DNA of 64,000 nucleotides from assembly GCF_055900595.2 (NCBI RefSeq), contig NZ_CM148325.1; one strand, given 5' to 3'. Made by a program: the position numbers and the translations under genes. The notes beneath the pieces are model-generated. The model did no database searches. It was not told the origin of the DNA and worked only from the letters and a program-made list of their open reading frames with translations. Below, piece by piece: positions 23,608 to 35,004 of the stretch. Position 1 is the stretch's first letter. Every line of letters begins with the position of its first letter.

Positions 23608-24624
23608 TTAATCATCCGGCGTCAGTTCGCCGCGCAGGTTTTGGCTCATGGCCTTGCGAATGGTTTCAGTATCCAGTTCCTGGCTAAGCAGGTAATGCAG
23701 TTTGGTTAGCGTGGCTTCTACAGTCATATCTGCACCGCCAATAACGCCGGCATGGGCGAGGGCGTTACCGGTGGCATAACCCCCCATGTTCACTTTACCG
23801 GACATACATTGTGTCAGGTTGACTACCACAATTCCGCGATCGCTGGCTTCTTGTAATTCTTGCAGGAAGGCTTTGTTTTGTGGCGCATTACCCACGCCAT
23901 ATGAGCGCAGAATCAATGCTTTCACCGGTTGGCGCAGAAAATTGCGCACGACGTCAGCAGAAATCCCTGGATAAATCGTCACTACGCCAATTGGTTGTGG
24001 GGTGATTGGATGAACGATCAATTCCCCTTCACCGTGCGGGGCGGGTGGCGTATTCAAACGACGAATATGGATACCTGCTTCCAGTAACGGAGGAAGGTTT
24101 GGAGAGGCAAACGCATCAAAACCATCGGCATGGGCTTTGGTGGTACGGTTGCCACGATAAAGTCGATTATTAAAAAAGAGAGTTACTTCGTTGATAGGAT
24201 AATTCGCCGCAACGTACAACGCATTCAGCAGATTAATTTGTCCGTCAGAGCGTAACTCAGCCAGCGGGATTTGTGACCCTGTCACAATGACCGGTTTACC
24301 GAGATTCTCGAGCATGAACGACAGCGCAGAGGCGGTATACGCCATCGTGTCGGTGCCGTGCAGAATGACAAAACCATCATAGTCGTCATAATGCGCTTTA
24401 ATATCTTCAGCAATATGCTGCCAGTCTTCTGGCGTCATATCTGAAGAGTCCATCAGCGGCGTATATTCATGAATGGTGAAATCTGGCATCTCCGGGCGAT
24501 GGAATTCCGGCATCAGCGCCAGTTGGCGTTGTAGATGACCTGACACCGGAATATAACCCTGCTCGGAACGCTGCATCCCGATGGTCCCGCCCGTGTAGGC
24601 GACGTAAATTGATTTCTTTTGCAT
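23608..24624 (-). CDS. ansA: Cytoplasmic L-asparaginase I
   Basis: 338-aa ORF MQKKSIYVAYTGGTIGM with asparaginase catalytic threonine motif. Confidence 0.95.
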   Translation of the reverse strand: MQKKSIYVAYTGGTIGMQRSEQGYIPVSGHLQRQLALMPEFHRPEMPDFTIHEYTPLMDSSDMTPEDWQHIAEDIKAHYDDYDGFVILHGTDTMAYTASALSFMLENLGKPVIVTGSQIPLAELRSDGQINLLNALYVAANYPINEVTLFFNNRLYRGNRTTKAHADGFDAFASPNLPPLLEAGIHIRRLNTPPAPHGEGELIVHPITPQPIGVVTIYPGISADVVRNFLRQPVKALILRSYGVGNAPQNKAFLQELQEASDRGIVVVNLTQCMSGKVNMGGYATGNALAHAGVIGGADMTVEATLTKLHYLLSQELDTETIRKAMSQNLRGELTPDD

Positions 24625-24755
24625 GATATTGATATGAATGATATCGAAAGAGCAAAAGTATATACGTGAGGGGCAGCGAGCGCACCTGGATACTCTGTGG
24701 ATATGAGAAAAGTCCGGCAGAACGGAGGGATTAGTGTCCCGCCGGAGAAAAGTGG

Positions 24756-25478
24756 TTAATCCTGCAACGCATAGGTTACGGTGGTGACTACGCGTACCGT
24801 TTTATTAATCGCCGTAGGATCATCTTCATCACTGCCACTGGCGAAGATCTGGAACACGCCTTGTGAGGCATCGCTAATTGACCCCACCTGGCTACCTGAG
24901 TCCGTTGCAAATTGTAATGCTGCGTTGCGTGCATCTTTGGTGGCGGCGGCAATCATCTCAGCGCGCAGTGCGCCAATACCATTAAAGCGATAGGCGACTT
25001 TGCTCTCAGCGATAGCGCCCTCCGTAGCGACTTGCAGTTCGTTTAATTTCGCGACGACTTTTTCGACAGCAGCAACATTATGGGTTTTTATCGTCACTGA
25101 CCCGTCTGCGTTATAGCGTGGCATTGTGGGATCATCTTTCAGATAAAAGGAATCTGTTCGCTTGCTTGTCCATTGGCCCAGGGTTATCTCTTTCTCGTTA
25201 ATCCCCTGAGCATTGAGTTCGGCAACAATTTTTTTCTGCGCGTCTTCCAGTTTCGGGAACAGTTCGCCGGGAATATTACCCTTAAAGTTAATCGCAATTG
25301 TTAATTCTGCCGTATCTGCGCGAACTTCTTTTTCAGAAAGCCCACGCACATTTACATAACGGTTATTGGTTTTCAAATGTTTAACACCATCGCCAACAAA
25401 ATAACCACAGGCGCTAATCCCCAGTCCGAGGACGATAGCGGCAATTAAAGAGGGGGCCTTATTCACTGATGACTCCAT
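24756..25478 (-). CDS. SIMPL/DUF541-domain periplasmic protein (YggE-like)
   Basis: 240-aa product MESSVNKAPSLIAAIVLGLGISACGYF...; the ORF-track 389-aa version is an artefactual upstream extension running into the IS200 flank; no counterpart between ansA and sppA in recalled K-12. Confidence 0.75.
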   Translation of the reverse strand: MESSVNKAPSLIAAIVLGLGISACGYFVGDGVKHLKTNNRYVNVRGLSEKEVRADTAELTIAINFKGNIPGELFPKLEDAQKKIVAELNAQGINEKEITLGQWTSKRTDSFYLKDDPTMPRYNADGSVTIKTHNVAAVEKVVAKLNELQVATEGAIAESKVAYRFNGIGALRAEMIAAATKDARNAALQFATDSGSQVGSISDASQGVFQIFASGSDEDDPTAINKTVRVVTTVTYALQD

Positions 25479-25539
25479 ATCAGATGCTAAATGAGCAAGG
25501 GAATGTAGTGGAGAGAGGGAGTGAAAGACAGTCCGATTC

Positions 25540-26250
25540 AGGAGTGTGGCCGACAGCATATCGGCCACATTTTTGTGCACAGAAAACCCCCAGCTAGGCT
25601 GGGGGTTCCGGAAAGCTTTCAGCTTTGAGCCAGTTATTAAAACCCCTTTTGATTTGTTAAAACACCTTGCGGTCTGGCAACTGCAAGTGTCAAACAAGAA
25701 ATCAAAAGGGGGTCCCAATGGGGGACGAAAAGAGCTTAGCGCACACCCGCTGGAACTGTAAATATCACATAGTTTTTGCGCCGAAATACCGAAGACTGGC
25801 GTTTTACGGAGAGAAGCGTAGGGCGATAGGCAGTATTTTGAGAAAGCTGTGTGAGTGGAAAAGCGTACGGATTCTGGAAGCAGAGTGCTGCGCAGATCAT
25901 ATCCATATGCTTGTGGAAATCCCACCCAAAATGAGCGTATCCGGCTTTATGGGATATCTGAAAGGGAAAAGCAGTCTGATGCTTTACGAGCAGTTTGGGG
26001 ATTTGAAATTCAAATACAGAAACAGGGAGTTCTGGTGCCGAGGGTACTATGTCGATACGGTGGGTAAGAACACGGCGAAGATACAGGACTACATAAAGCA
26101 CCAGCTTGAAGAGGATAAAATGGGGGAGCAGTTATCGATTCCATATCCGGGCAGCCCGTTTACGGGCCGTAAGTAACGAAGTTGAATGCAAATGTCAGAT
26201 CGTATGCGCCTGTTAGGGCGCGGCTGGTAACAGAGCCTTACAGGCGCATT
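25540..26250 (+). mobile_element. IS200 (IS200/IS605 family), about 0.7 kb, boundaries approximate
   Basis: Contains tnpA below; left end carries the characteristic perfect hairpin gtggccgacagcatatcggccac and a second stem cccccagctaggctggggg upstream of tnpA. Confidence 0.8.
25718..26176 (+). CDS. tnpA: IS200 Y1 (HuH) transposase TnpA
   Basis: MGDEKSLAHTRWNCKYHIVFAPKYRR...HIHMLVEIPPK...YIKHQLEEDK; HuH motif; near-identical to recalled IS200 TnpA. Confidence 0.92.
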   Translation: MGDEKSLAHTRWNCKYHIVFAPKYRRLAFYGEKRRAIGSILRKLCEWKSVRILEAECCADHIHMLVEIPPKMSVSGFMGYLKGKSSLMLYEQFGDLKFKYRNREFWCRGYYVDTVGKNTAKIQDYIKHQLEEDKMGEQLSIPYPGSPFTGRK

Positions 26251-26285
26251 TGAAAAACCTCCGGCTATGCCGGAGGATATTTATT
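26250..26285 (-). terminator. sppA Rho-independent terminator
   Basis: Minus-strand hairpin cctccggcatagccggagg followed by TTTTT just downstream of the sppA stop. Confidence 0.55.
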
Positions 26286-26292
26286 GCAGGAT

Positions 26293-28149
26293 TTAACGCA
26301 CGTTGGCGCAGGTCAGGCAAAACGCATAACGGTTTTGTGGGTCGTTAAACGCTGCCAGCTTGTCGCTTTCACTTTTAACGGTAGAGGCTACCGAGGCCAG
26401 CGGTGCAGGTAACATGGCCTGGAACGCATCTGGCAACATTGCCCGGACAGAACCAGACATATTGTCCATCACTTTGTCGAAGAAGGTCGGTTCATCAACG
26501 TAGTATTCCAGATGCCACTGTTTCACTTTTGCCAGCTCTGCCGCTTTGGCAACCGCATCATCGAAATCCCCGAGACTATCGACCAGCCCGTTAGCTTTTG
26601 CATCCTGACCGGTCCAGACGTGGCCCTGGGCGATTTTATCAATCTGCTCCGGCGTCGAATGACGCGCATCAGCAACCAGCGTGATAAAGCGTTTATAGCC
26701 ATTCTCAATGCTTAACTGCATCATCTGCTGCGCTTCCGGCGGCAGTGCCTTGGTGATAGAAACATCCGCTAGCGGTGAAGTTGAGACGCCATCGGTATGA
26801 ACACCAATCGAATCCAAACTATTTTCTACGGTAGTGATCACGCCGAAGATACCGATAGAACCGGTCAGGGTGCTGGGGTTAGCCACAATGTAATTAGCTG
26901 GCGTGGAAATCCAGTAACCACCAGATGCCGCCATGCCGCCCATCGATACAACCACCGGCTTACCCGCTGCCCTGGCTGCTGCCAGTTCAGCGCGAATCAC
27001 TTCAGAGGCGGTAACGCTGCCGCCAGGGCTATTAACACGCAGAACAATCGCTTTCACTTTCGGGTCAAGGCGAGCGTCGCGGATTTGTGCCGCAGTGGTA
27101 TCACCGCCAACATTCCCCTGAGTTTCCTCGCCATCCATAATTGCGCCATTAGCGAAGACGACACCGATACTGTCACCGGTATCTGCCGGCGTTTTCAATG
27201 CGTAATCGTAATAACTGATGGCGCGATAATTTTTATCAGTCTTACTCCAGCCGAACTCTTTGGTCAGAGCTTTTTCGATTTCGGCACTTGATGCCAGTGC
27301 ATCGACCAGCTTGTTTTCCAGCGCATATTTCGCGGTATCGCCACCGGTTTTGGTTAAACCCTTAAGCAACCCTTGCGCACCAGGGAATACCTGCTGAGCA
27401 GGGATCTGCCGGTTAGCGGCAACAGTATTCAGATAGTTTTGCCACAGCTCACCGATCCAGCGGCTGTCAGCTTCGCGGGCTGCCGGTGACATATCATCAC
27501 GAATAAACGGTTCAACGGCAGATTTATACGTACCCACGCGGAACACATGGGTGGAAACTTTCAGCTTATCCAGCAACGATTTGTAGTACAGGCCGTTGGT
27601 AGCAAAACCGTGCAGATCCACCACGCCTTGTGGAGATAGCCAAATTTTGTTGGCGAAACTGGCGAGATAATATTGCCCCTGGCTGTAGTTCTCGCCTATG
27701 GCATAAACTGGTTTCCCGCTGTCACGAAACTCTTTCAGGGCTTTGCCGATGTACTGCATAGACGGCTGGTCGCCGCCTGCGAAGTTTTTCAGATCCATCA
27801 CGATACCGGTGATATTGCGGTCGTCCTTCGCCTGGCGAATGGTGTTGACGATATCAAACAGTGAGTTTTCCTGCAGACGATCGGAACTGGCACCAAGCAG
27901 CTGGCGGCTTAGCTTACTAAACCGCTGAGAACTGTCGGGTTTATCGACGATTACACCAGATATGTCCAGCAGCAGCGCGCCACGACTGGCCGTTTCTTTC
28001 GAATCACCACCACTGACCTGCATCCAAATCCCCACACCAACCAGTACGAGAAAAATAAAGAACAGGTTAAGTACCATTTCACGGACGAAATTCAGCAGAC
28101 GCCACGTCCATTTAAAAAATCCGGCAATAAATCGCCAAAGGGTTCGCAT
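26293..28149 (-). CDS. sppA: Signal peptide peptidase A (protease IV)
   Basis: ORF track 26293-28161 trimmed to [14 protein letters not shown] (618 aa); tandem ClpP/crotonase-like domains. Confidence 0.93.
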
Positions 28150-28309
28150 GTATTCTCCCAACTAAAGGTCACACCTGTCACAGGCGCAATAGATGTGGTT
28201 ATCGTAATGACCCAACCGGCACTTGTCAGCAGGAATTGCGGACTGTGCTGTAACAAAATCCACTCTCGTGTTAATTTTGTGAATAAATATCATGACAGGA
28301 GTTAATCAA

Positions 28310-28861
28310 ATGGATGCACTCGAACTATTGATCAATCGCCGTAGCGCCTCCCGCCTGGCTGAACCTGCGCCAACGGGTGAACAACTGCAAAACATACTGC
28401 GAGCGGGTATGCGTGCCCCGGACCATAAGTCCATGCAACCGTGGCATTTTTTTGTGATTGAAGGGGAAGGACGCGAGCGTTTCAGCGCATTATTGGAACA
28501 GGGGGCGATTGCTGCCGGTAGTGATGACAAAGCTATCGACAAAGCGCGTAATGCGCCGTTCCGCGCACCGCTCATCATAACGGTGGTGGCAAAATGCGAA
28601 GAAAATCATAAAGTCCCGCGCTGGGAACAGGAAATGTCTGCGGGATGTGCGGTCATGGCGATGCAAATGGCAGCAGTTGCCCAGGGGTTTGGCGGCATCT
28701 GGCGCAGTGGCGCATTAACTGAAAGTCCGGTAGTGCGTGAAGCATTCGGTTGCCGTGAGCAGGATAAAATTGTCGGTTTTCTCTACCTTGGTACGCCGCA
28801 GTTGAAAGCATCTACGTCGATAAACGTTCCGGACCCGACGCCGTTTGTGACTTATTTCTGA
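28310..28861 (+). CDS. ydjA: Nitroreductase-family protein
   Basis: ORF track 28292-28861 trimmed to [15 protein letters not shown] (183 aa). Confidence 0.88.
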   Translation: MDALELLINRRSASRLAEPAPTGEQLQNILRAGMRAPDHKSMQPWHFFVIEGEGRERFSALLEQGAIAAGSDDKAIDKARNAPFRAPLIITVVAKCEENHKVPRWEQEMSAGCAVMAMQMAAVAQGFGGIWRSGALTESPVVREAFGCREQDKIVGFLYLGTPQLKASTSINVPDPTPFVTYF

Positions 28862-28977
28862 TAATTGTCGCGAAACTGTCTGGATTGTGAGCAAAGGCGC
28901 AGGAATTCAGACACTCTCACTTATCACTTCATGGAATGAGGGTTACCATACCCGGATTGCATTGACAGGAGATGTCC

Positions 28978-30021
28978 ATGAGCGAGAACTCGATTCGTTT
29001 GACCCAATACAGCCACGGTGCAGGTTGCGGCTGTAAAATTTCCCCAAAAGTGTTGGAAACCATCCTGCACAGTGAGCAGGCGAAGTTTGTTGATCCGAAT
29101 TTGCTTGTGGGTAATGAAACCCGCGACGATGCGGCGGTGTACGATCTGGGCAATGGCACCAGCGTTATCAGTACCACCGACTTCTTTATGCCGATCGTTG
29201 ATAATCCTTTCGATTTTGGCCGCATTGCGGCGACTAACGCCATCAGCGATATCTTCGCGATGGGTGGCAAACCGATTATGGCGATTGCGATTCTCGGCTG
29301 GCCTATTAACAAACTTTCCCCTGAAATTGCCCGCGAAGTAACCGAAGGTGGACGCTATGCATGCCGTCAGGCGGGTATTGCGCTGGCTGGCGGTCACTCC
29401 ATCGATGCGCCGGAGCCGATTTTTGGTCTGGCGGTAACGGGGATCGTACCGACCGAGCGGGTGAAGAAAAACAGTACTGCACAAGCCGGATGCAAACTGT
29501 TCCTGACGAAACCGCTGGGAATTGGCGTTCTTACTACGGCTGAGAAAAAATCACTGCTGAAACCAGAACATCAGGGACTAGCGACGGAAGTGATGTGCCG
29601 GATGAACATCGCAGGCGCGTCCTTTGCCAACATCGAAGGCGTAAAAGCGATGACTGACGTGACTGGTTTTGGTCTGCTGGGGCATTTGAGCGAAATGTGT
29701 CAGGGTGCTGGTGTGCAGGCGCGAGTCGACTATGAAGCGATCCCGAAACTGCCGGGGGTTGAAGAGTACATTAAGTTGGGCGCAGTGCCTGGCGGCACCG
29801 AACGTAACTTTGCCAGCTATGGGCATCTGATGGGTGAAATGCCGCGTGAAGTGCGCGATCTGCTGTGCGATCCGCAAACTTCTGGCGGTCTGCTGCTGGC
29901 GGTCATGCCGGAAGCAGAAAATGAGGTCAAAGCTACAGCCGCCGAGTTTGGCATTGAACTGACGGCGATTGGCGAACTGGTGCCAGCGCGCGGCGGTCGT
30001 GCCATGGTTGAGATCCGTTAA
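28978..30021 (+). CDS. selD: Selenide, water dikinase (selenophosphate synthetase)
   Basis: [27 protein letters not shown]-terminus with the catalytic Cys-Gly-Cys region; 347 aa. Confidence 0.95.
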
Positions 30022-30025
30022 TTCA

Positions 30026-31981
30026 ATGCGGTTGTTTATTGCCGAAAAACCGAGTCTGGCGCGCGCCATTGCTGATGTCCTGCCCAAACCGCACCGGAAA
30101 GGCGATGGCTTTATCGAGTGCGGTAATGGCCAGGTGGTGACCTGGTGTATCGGTCACCTGCTTGAGCAGGCGCAGCCAGACGCCTACGACAGTCGCTATG
30201 CGCGCTGGAACCTGGCCGATCTCCCCATTGTCCCGGAAAAGTGGCAATTACAGCCACGACCCTCCGTGACCAAACAACTTAACGTCATCAAACGCTTTCT
30301 GCATGAAGCCAGCGAAATCGTTCACGCCGGTGACCCGGACCGTGAAGGGCAATTGCTGGTAGATGAAGTGCTGGACTACCTGCAACTGGCACCAGAAAAG
30401 CGCCAGCAGGTACAGCGTTGTTTGATAAACGACCTGAACCCGCAGGCGGTTGAGCGGGCGATCGATCGTCTTCGCTCCAATAGCGAGTTTGTACCACTGT
30501 GCGTTTCTGCGCTGGCGCGAGCACGAGCCGACTGGTTATACGGCATCAATATGACCCGCGCGTACACCATTCTCGGTCGTAATGCGGGTTATCAGGGCGT
30601 GCTTTCCGTGGGCCGCGTGCAGACGCCCGTGCTCGGGCTGGTGGTGCGCCGCGATGAAGAAATTGAAAACTTCGTGGCGAAAGACTTCTTTGAAGTCAAA
30701 GCGCATATCGTGACACCTGCCGATGAGCGGTTTACCGCTATCTGGCAACCGAGCGAAGCGTGTGAACCGTACCAGGATGAAGAAGGGCGCTTGTTACATC
30801 GTCCGCTGGCGGAGCATGTGGTCAACCGCATCAGCGGCCAACCGGCTATTGTCACCAGCTATAACGATAAACGGGAATCAGAATCCGCACCGCTGCCGTT
30901 TTCGCTTTCGGCGTTGCAGATTGAAGCGGCTAAACGCTTTGGTCTGAGTGCGCAGAACGTGCTTGATATCTGCCAGAAGTTGTACGAAACGCACAAGCTA
31001 ATCACTTATCCGCGTTCCGATTGTCGCTATCTGCCAGAAGAGCATTTTGCCGGACGCCACGCGGTGATGAATGCTATCGGCGTCCATGCGCCGGATCTGT
31101 TGCCGCAACCAGTGGTAGATCCAGATATACGCAACCGCTGTTGGGATGACAAAAAGGTCGATGCGCACCACGCCATCATCCCGACCGCGAGGAGTTCTGC
31201 CATCAACCTGACGGAAAACGAGGCGAAGGTCTATAACCTGATTGCTCGTCAGTATTTGATGCAGTTCTGTCCGGACGCGGTGTTCCGCAAGTGTGTTATC
31301 GAACTGGAAATAGCCAAAGGCAAATTTGTCGCTAAAGCCCGTTTTCTTGCTGAAACAGGCTGGCGCACACTGTTAGGCAGCAAAGAGCGCGATGAAGAAA
31401 ACGACGGCACGCCACTGCCTGTGGTGGCGAAAGGCGATGAGTTGCTGTGTGAAAAAGGTGAAGTGGTAGAGCGGCAAACCCAGCCGCCGCGCCATTTTAC
31501 CGATGCAACACTGCTTTCGGCGATGACCGGGATCGCGCGCTTTGTGCAGGACAAAGATCTGAAAAAGATCCTTCGTGCCACCGATGGTCTGGGGACAGAA
31601 GCAACCCGTGCCGGGATTATTGAACTGTTGTTCAAGCGTGGCTTTCTGACCAAAAAAGGGCGCTATATCCACTCCACCGACGCCGGAAAAGCGTTATTCC
31701 ATTCACTGCCAGAAATGGCTACGCGACCGGACATGACCGCGCACTGGGAATCGGTGCTGACGCAAATCAGCGAAAAGCAGTGCCGCTATCAGGACTTTAT
31801 GCAACCGTTGGTGGGGACGCTGTATCAGTTGATTGATCAGGCCAAACGTACGCCGGTGCGGCAGTTTCGCGGCATAGTGGCTCCAGATGGCGGAGAAGGA
31901 AATAAAAAGACTTCACCCCGTAAGCGAGCAGCGAAAAAAAGCCCGCCAGCAGCAGAGGCGGGCAGTGGAGTGATAATGTAA
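30026..31981 (+). CDS. topB: DNA topoisomerase III
   Basis: ORF track 29969-31981 trimmed to [19 protein letters not shown] (651 aa); Toprim and topoisomerase IA domains; starts 4 nt after selD stop. Confidence 0.95.
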   Translation: MRLFIAEKPSLARAIADVLPKPHRKGDGFIECGNGQVVTWCIGHLLEQAQPDAYDSRYARWNLADLPIVPEKWQLQPRPSVTKQLNVIKRFLHEASEIVHAGDPDREGQLLVDEVLDYLQLAPEKRQQVQRCLINDLNPQAVERAIDRLRSNSEFVPLCVSALARARADWLYGINMTRAYTILGRNAGYQGVLSVGRVQTPVLGLVVRRDEEIENFVAKDFFEVKAHIVTPADERFTAIWQPSEACEPYQDEEGRLLHRPLAEHVVNRISGQPAIVTSYNDKRESESAPLPFSLSALQIEAAKRFGLSAQNVLDICQKLYETHKLITYPRSDCRYLPEEHFAGRHAVMNAIGVHAPDLLPQPVVDPDIRNRCWDDKKVDAHHAIIPTARSSAINLTENEAKVYNLIARQYLMQFCPDAVFRKCVIELEIAKGKFVAKARFLAETGWRTLLGSKERDEENDGTPLPVVAKGDELLCEKGEVVERQTQPPRHFTDATLLSAMTGIARFVQDKDLKKILRATDGLGTEATRAGIIELLFKRGFLTKKGRYIHSTDAGKALFHSLPEMATRPDMTAHWESVLTQISEKQCRYQDFMQPLVGTLYQLIDQAKRTPVRQFRGIVAPDGGEGNKKTSPRKRAAKKSPPAAEAGSGVIM

Positions 31982-32004
31982 TGCTCTGATGCAGTCAGTT
32001 TTCG

Positions 32005-32040
32005 TAGGCCAGATAAGGCGTTCACGCCGCATCTGGCATA
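32005..32040. repeat. REP (repetitive extragenic palindromic) element
   Basis: Reverse complement GCCAGATGCGGCGTGAACGCCTTATCTGGCCTA matches the recalled REP consensus with compensatory changes in the stem. Confidence 0.6.
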
Positions 32041-32064
32041 AACGCCTGAAACGGCGCTAATGAC

Positions 32065-33408
32065 TTAAATCACACCCTGCGCCAGCATCGCATCGGCAAC
32101 CTTCACAAAACCGGCAATGTTCGCGCCCTGCACGTAGTTGGTTTGCTCACCTTCACCACCATGCTCAACACAGGCATGGTGGATATCCAGCATGATGTGA
32201 TGCAAACGTGCGTCAACTTTCTCGGCTTTCCAGCCCAGGCGCGCAGCGTTTTGCGCCATTTCCAGGCCGGATGTAGCTACGCCACCAGCATTAGCCGCTT
32301 TACCCGGTGCAAACAGTACGCCTGCCTGCTGGAACAGTTCAGTCGCTTCGATGGTGGTCGGCATATTTGCCCCTTCGGCGACGGCTTTAACGCCATTGGC
32401 GATAAGCTGATGCGCGGCGTCTACATCCAGTTCGTTCTGGGTGGCGCAAGGCAGGGCGATATCAACCGGTACAGACCACGGCTGTTGGCCTTCGAGATAG
32501 ACCAGGCCAAATTCTTTGGCGTAATCTGCCACTCGACCATCGCGGCTGGCTTTGATTTCGATAAGACGTGCCAGTTTCTCTTTAGTGAATCCGCTTTCAT
32601 CAACGACAGTGCCACTGGAGTCTGACGCAGTAATCACACGGGCACCAAATTCCATCGCTTTTTCGATAGCGTACTGGGCGACGTTGCCGGAGCCAGAAAC
32701 GGAAACGCGCATCCCTTCAAAACCCATACCGTGGCGTTTTAGCATTGCTTCTGTGAAATAAACCAGACCGTAGCCGGTTGCTTCCGGGCGAATAAGACTG
32801 CCGCCAAAAGAAAGCCCCTTACCGGTGAAGACGCAGGCGGTATTGTTGGAGAGCTTTTTCATCATCCCCGCCATAAAGCCGACTTCACGACCACCAACGC
32901 CGATATCACCTGCCGGAACGTCGGTATCCGCGCCCAGGTGGCGATACAGTTCAGTCATCAGGGCCTGGCAAAAACGCATCACTTCACCTTCGCTTTTTCC
33001 TTTCGGATCGAAATCGCTGCCACCTTTACCACCGCCCATCGGCAGGGTAGTCAGGGCATTTTTGAAGGTTTGCTCGAAGCCGAGAAATTTGAGAATGGAG
33101 AGGTTAACTGACGGATGGAAACGCATACCGCCTTTGTACGGGCCGATGGCGGAGCTGAACTGAACGCGCCATGCACGGTTGACCTGTACCTGGTTGCGAT
33201 CGTCAACCCATACCACGCGAAACTGGATCACGCGCTCCGGTTCAACCAGACGCTCCAGTAATGACATCTGACGATATTTTGGATTTTGTTCAAGAAAAGG
33301 CCAGAGTGTGGTCATTACTTCACGAACGGCTTGCGCGAACTCGGTTTGATTCGGGTCGCGCTTTTGGACATGGTTGAGGAATGACTCCAGAGAATATGTC
33401 TGATCCAT
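32065..33408 (-). CDS. gdhA: NADP-specific glutamate dehydrogenase
   Basis: 447-aa ORF MDQTYSLESFLNHVQKRDPNQTEFAQAV with Glu/Leu/Phe/Val dehydrogenase signature. Confidence 0.97.
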   Translation of the reverse strand: MDQTYSLESFLNHVQKRDPNQTEFAQAVREVMTTLWPFLEQNPKYRQMSLLERLVEPERVIQFRVVWVDDRNQVQVNRAWRVQFSSAIGPYKGGMRFHPSVNLSILKFLGFEQTFKNALTTLPMGGGKGGSDFDPKGKSEGEVMRFCQALMTELYRHLGADTDVPAGDIGVGGREVGFMAGMMKKLSNNTACVFTGKGLSFGGSLIRPEATGYGLVYFTEAMLKRHGMGFEGMRVSVSGSGNVAQYAIEKAMEFGARVITASDSSGTVVDESGFTKEKLARLIEIKASRDGRVADYAKEFGLVYLEGQQPWSVPVDIALPCATQNELDVDAAHQLIANGVKAVAEGANMPTTIEATELFQQAGVLFAPGKAANAGGVATSGLEMAQNAARLGWKAEKVDARLHHIMLDIHHACVEHGGEGEQTNYVQGANIAGFVKVADAMLAQGVI

Positions 33409-33643
33409 AGATATAAAACCCTTATATATTAATACGATTATGCTTATGTTGTTTATGTCATGTGCTTTTGCAGTTTTCGACTATACCATCAAGAATGTGA
33501 CGGTAAGCAAGAAAAAAATGACTCACGAAAGCAAATTAATAACGGGAGAAATCTCATAACCAAAAGCGATAACTCAGACGCTAAAGTTTTGCCGCCAGGC
33601 TACCGTTATCAGTAGCAGAGACAAAAACGTTAAGGAGTTCCCT

Positions 33644-33916
33644 GTGAGTCGAGCATTGTTCGCCCTAGCATTGGCATTTCCATTCATTGCACTGGCTAAC
33701 CCGCATTATCGTCCGGACGTGGAGGTAAACGTACCGCCTGAAGTATTCAGTTCAGGCGGGCAGTCAGCGCAGCCCTGTACTCAGTGCTGCGTCTATCAGG
33801 ATCAAAACTATTCTGAAGGGGCGGTAATTAAAGCCGAAGGAATACTGCTGCAATGCCAGCGGGATGACAAAACTCTTAGCACTAATCCGCTGGTCTGGCG
33901 GCGCGTAAAGCCATAA
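33644..33916 (+). CDS. ynjH: DUF1496-family exported protein
   Basis: 90-aa ORF with signal peptide MSRALFALALAFPFIALA; synteny. Confidence 0.75.
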   Translation: MSRALFALALAFPFIALANPHYRPDVEVNVPPEVFSSGGQSAQPCTQCCVYQDQNYSEGAVIKAEGILLQCQRDDKTLSTNPLVWRRVKP

Positions 33917-34289
33917 ACGCCTTTAATAGTGGAATGTCAGCAGGGGCCAGCGGATATTGCAGCGCCTCTTCAGGTGAGCACCAGACCAGCGCCTGATGTT
34001 CATGTGCCTGTAACGTCCCGTGGAAGTGGGGTACGTGCCAGGCATGAAGATGGATAATCCGCCCCGACACTTCTCGCTGATGGCTGGCAACATACTCACC
34101 CACAGTTGCTTCGATGCCCAATTCTTCGCGTAACTCACGCACCAGCGCCTGCCGCTGGCTTTCATCCGGCTCGACTTTACCACCGGCAAACTCCCATAAT
34201 CCCGCCTGATCGCTATGGGCGGGGTGTTGAGCGAGTAAAATTTTGCCATCACGTTCGATGATGGCGGCAACAACTTCAATCATATTCAT
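33882..34289 (-). CDS. nudG: Nudix hydrolase (CTP/dCTP pyrophosphohydrolase)
   Basis: 135-aa ORF with Nudix box GKVEPDESQRQALVRELREELGI. Confidence 0.9.
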   Translation of the reverse strand: MNMIEVVAAIIERDGKILLAQHPAHSDQAGLWEFAGGKVEPDESQRQALVRELREELGIEATVGEYVASHQREVSGRIIHLHAWHVPHFHGTLQAHEHQALVWCSPEEALQYPLAPADIPLLKAFMALRAARPAD

Positions 34290-34369
34290 AAATTACACAC
34301 GGGCAGATAAGCGAAAAATGCCATAATATCCGCACTGTTGCTCAATCAGAAAGGCTTTATATTTAAGGA

Positions 34370-34996
34370 GTGCCTGTGTTAGACCGCCATCTTCATCCCC
34401 GAATTAAACCTTTGTTGCATCAGTGTGTGAAGGTGCTGGATAAACCCGGCATTACGCCAGATGGTTTAACATTAGTGGGATTTGCCATCGGCGTGCTGGC
34501 ACTGCCGTTTCTGGCGCTGGGCTGGTATCTGGCGGCGCTAATCGTCATTTTGTTGAACAGGCTGCTTGATGGTCTGGACGGCGCGTTGGCGCGGCGAAGA
34601 GGACTTACCGACGCGGGTGGCTTTCTCGATATTTCTCTCGATTTTCTTTTTTACGCACTGGTGCCTTTTGGGTTTATCCTCGCCGCACCGGAGCAAAACG
34701 CGCTGGCAGGCGGCTGGCTGCTGTTTGCGTTTATCGGCACGGGCAGCAGTTTTCTCGCATTTGCTGCGCTGGCGGCGAAACATCAGATTGATAATCCCGG
34801 TTATGCGCATAAATCGTTTTATTATCTGGGCGGGTTAACCGAAGGCAGCGAGACGATTTTGCTGTTTGTTCTGAGTTGCCTCTTGCCAGCTTATTTTCCG
34901 TGGTTTGCGTGGGTATTTGGTGCGTTGTGCTGGATGACGACCTTTACGCGGGTGTGGAGTGGGTATCTGACGCTGAAGTCGCTCCAGCGCCAGTAA
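34370..34996 (+). CDS. ynjF: CDP-alcohol phosphatidyltransferase-family membrane protein
   Basis: 208-aa hydrophobic ORF with DG-x2-AR-x8-G-x3-D-like motif (DGLDGALARRRGLTDAGGFLDISLD); GTG start. Confidence 0.82.
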   Translation: MPVLDRHLHPRIKPLLHQCVKVLDKPGITPDGLTLVGFAIGVLALPFLALGWYLAALIVILLNRLLDGLDGALARRRGLTDAGGFLDISLDFLFYALVPFGFILAAPEQNALAGGWLLFAFIGTGSSFLAFAALAAKHQIDNPGYAHKSFYYLGGLTEGSETILLFVLSCLLPAYFPWFAWVFGALCWMTTFTRVWSGYLTLKSLQRQ

Positions 34997-35004
34997 TTGC
35001 AATG

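Noticed and set aside
24756-25925. 389-aa ORF-track version of the SIMPL-domain gene
   Set aside because: The N-terminal 149 codons run through the IS200 flank and hairpins. The plausible product starts at the internal Met (25478) with a signal-peptide-like sequence.
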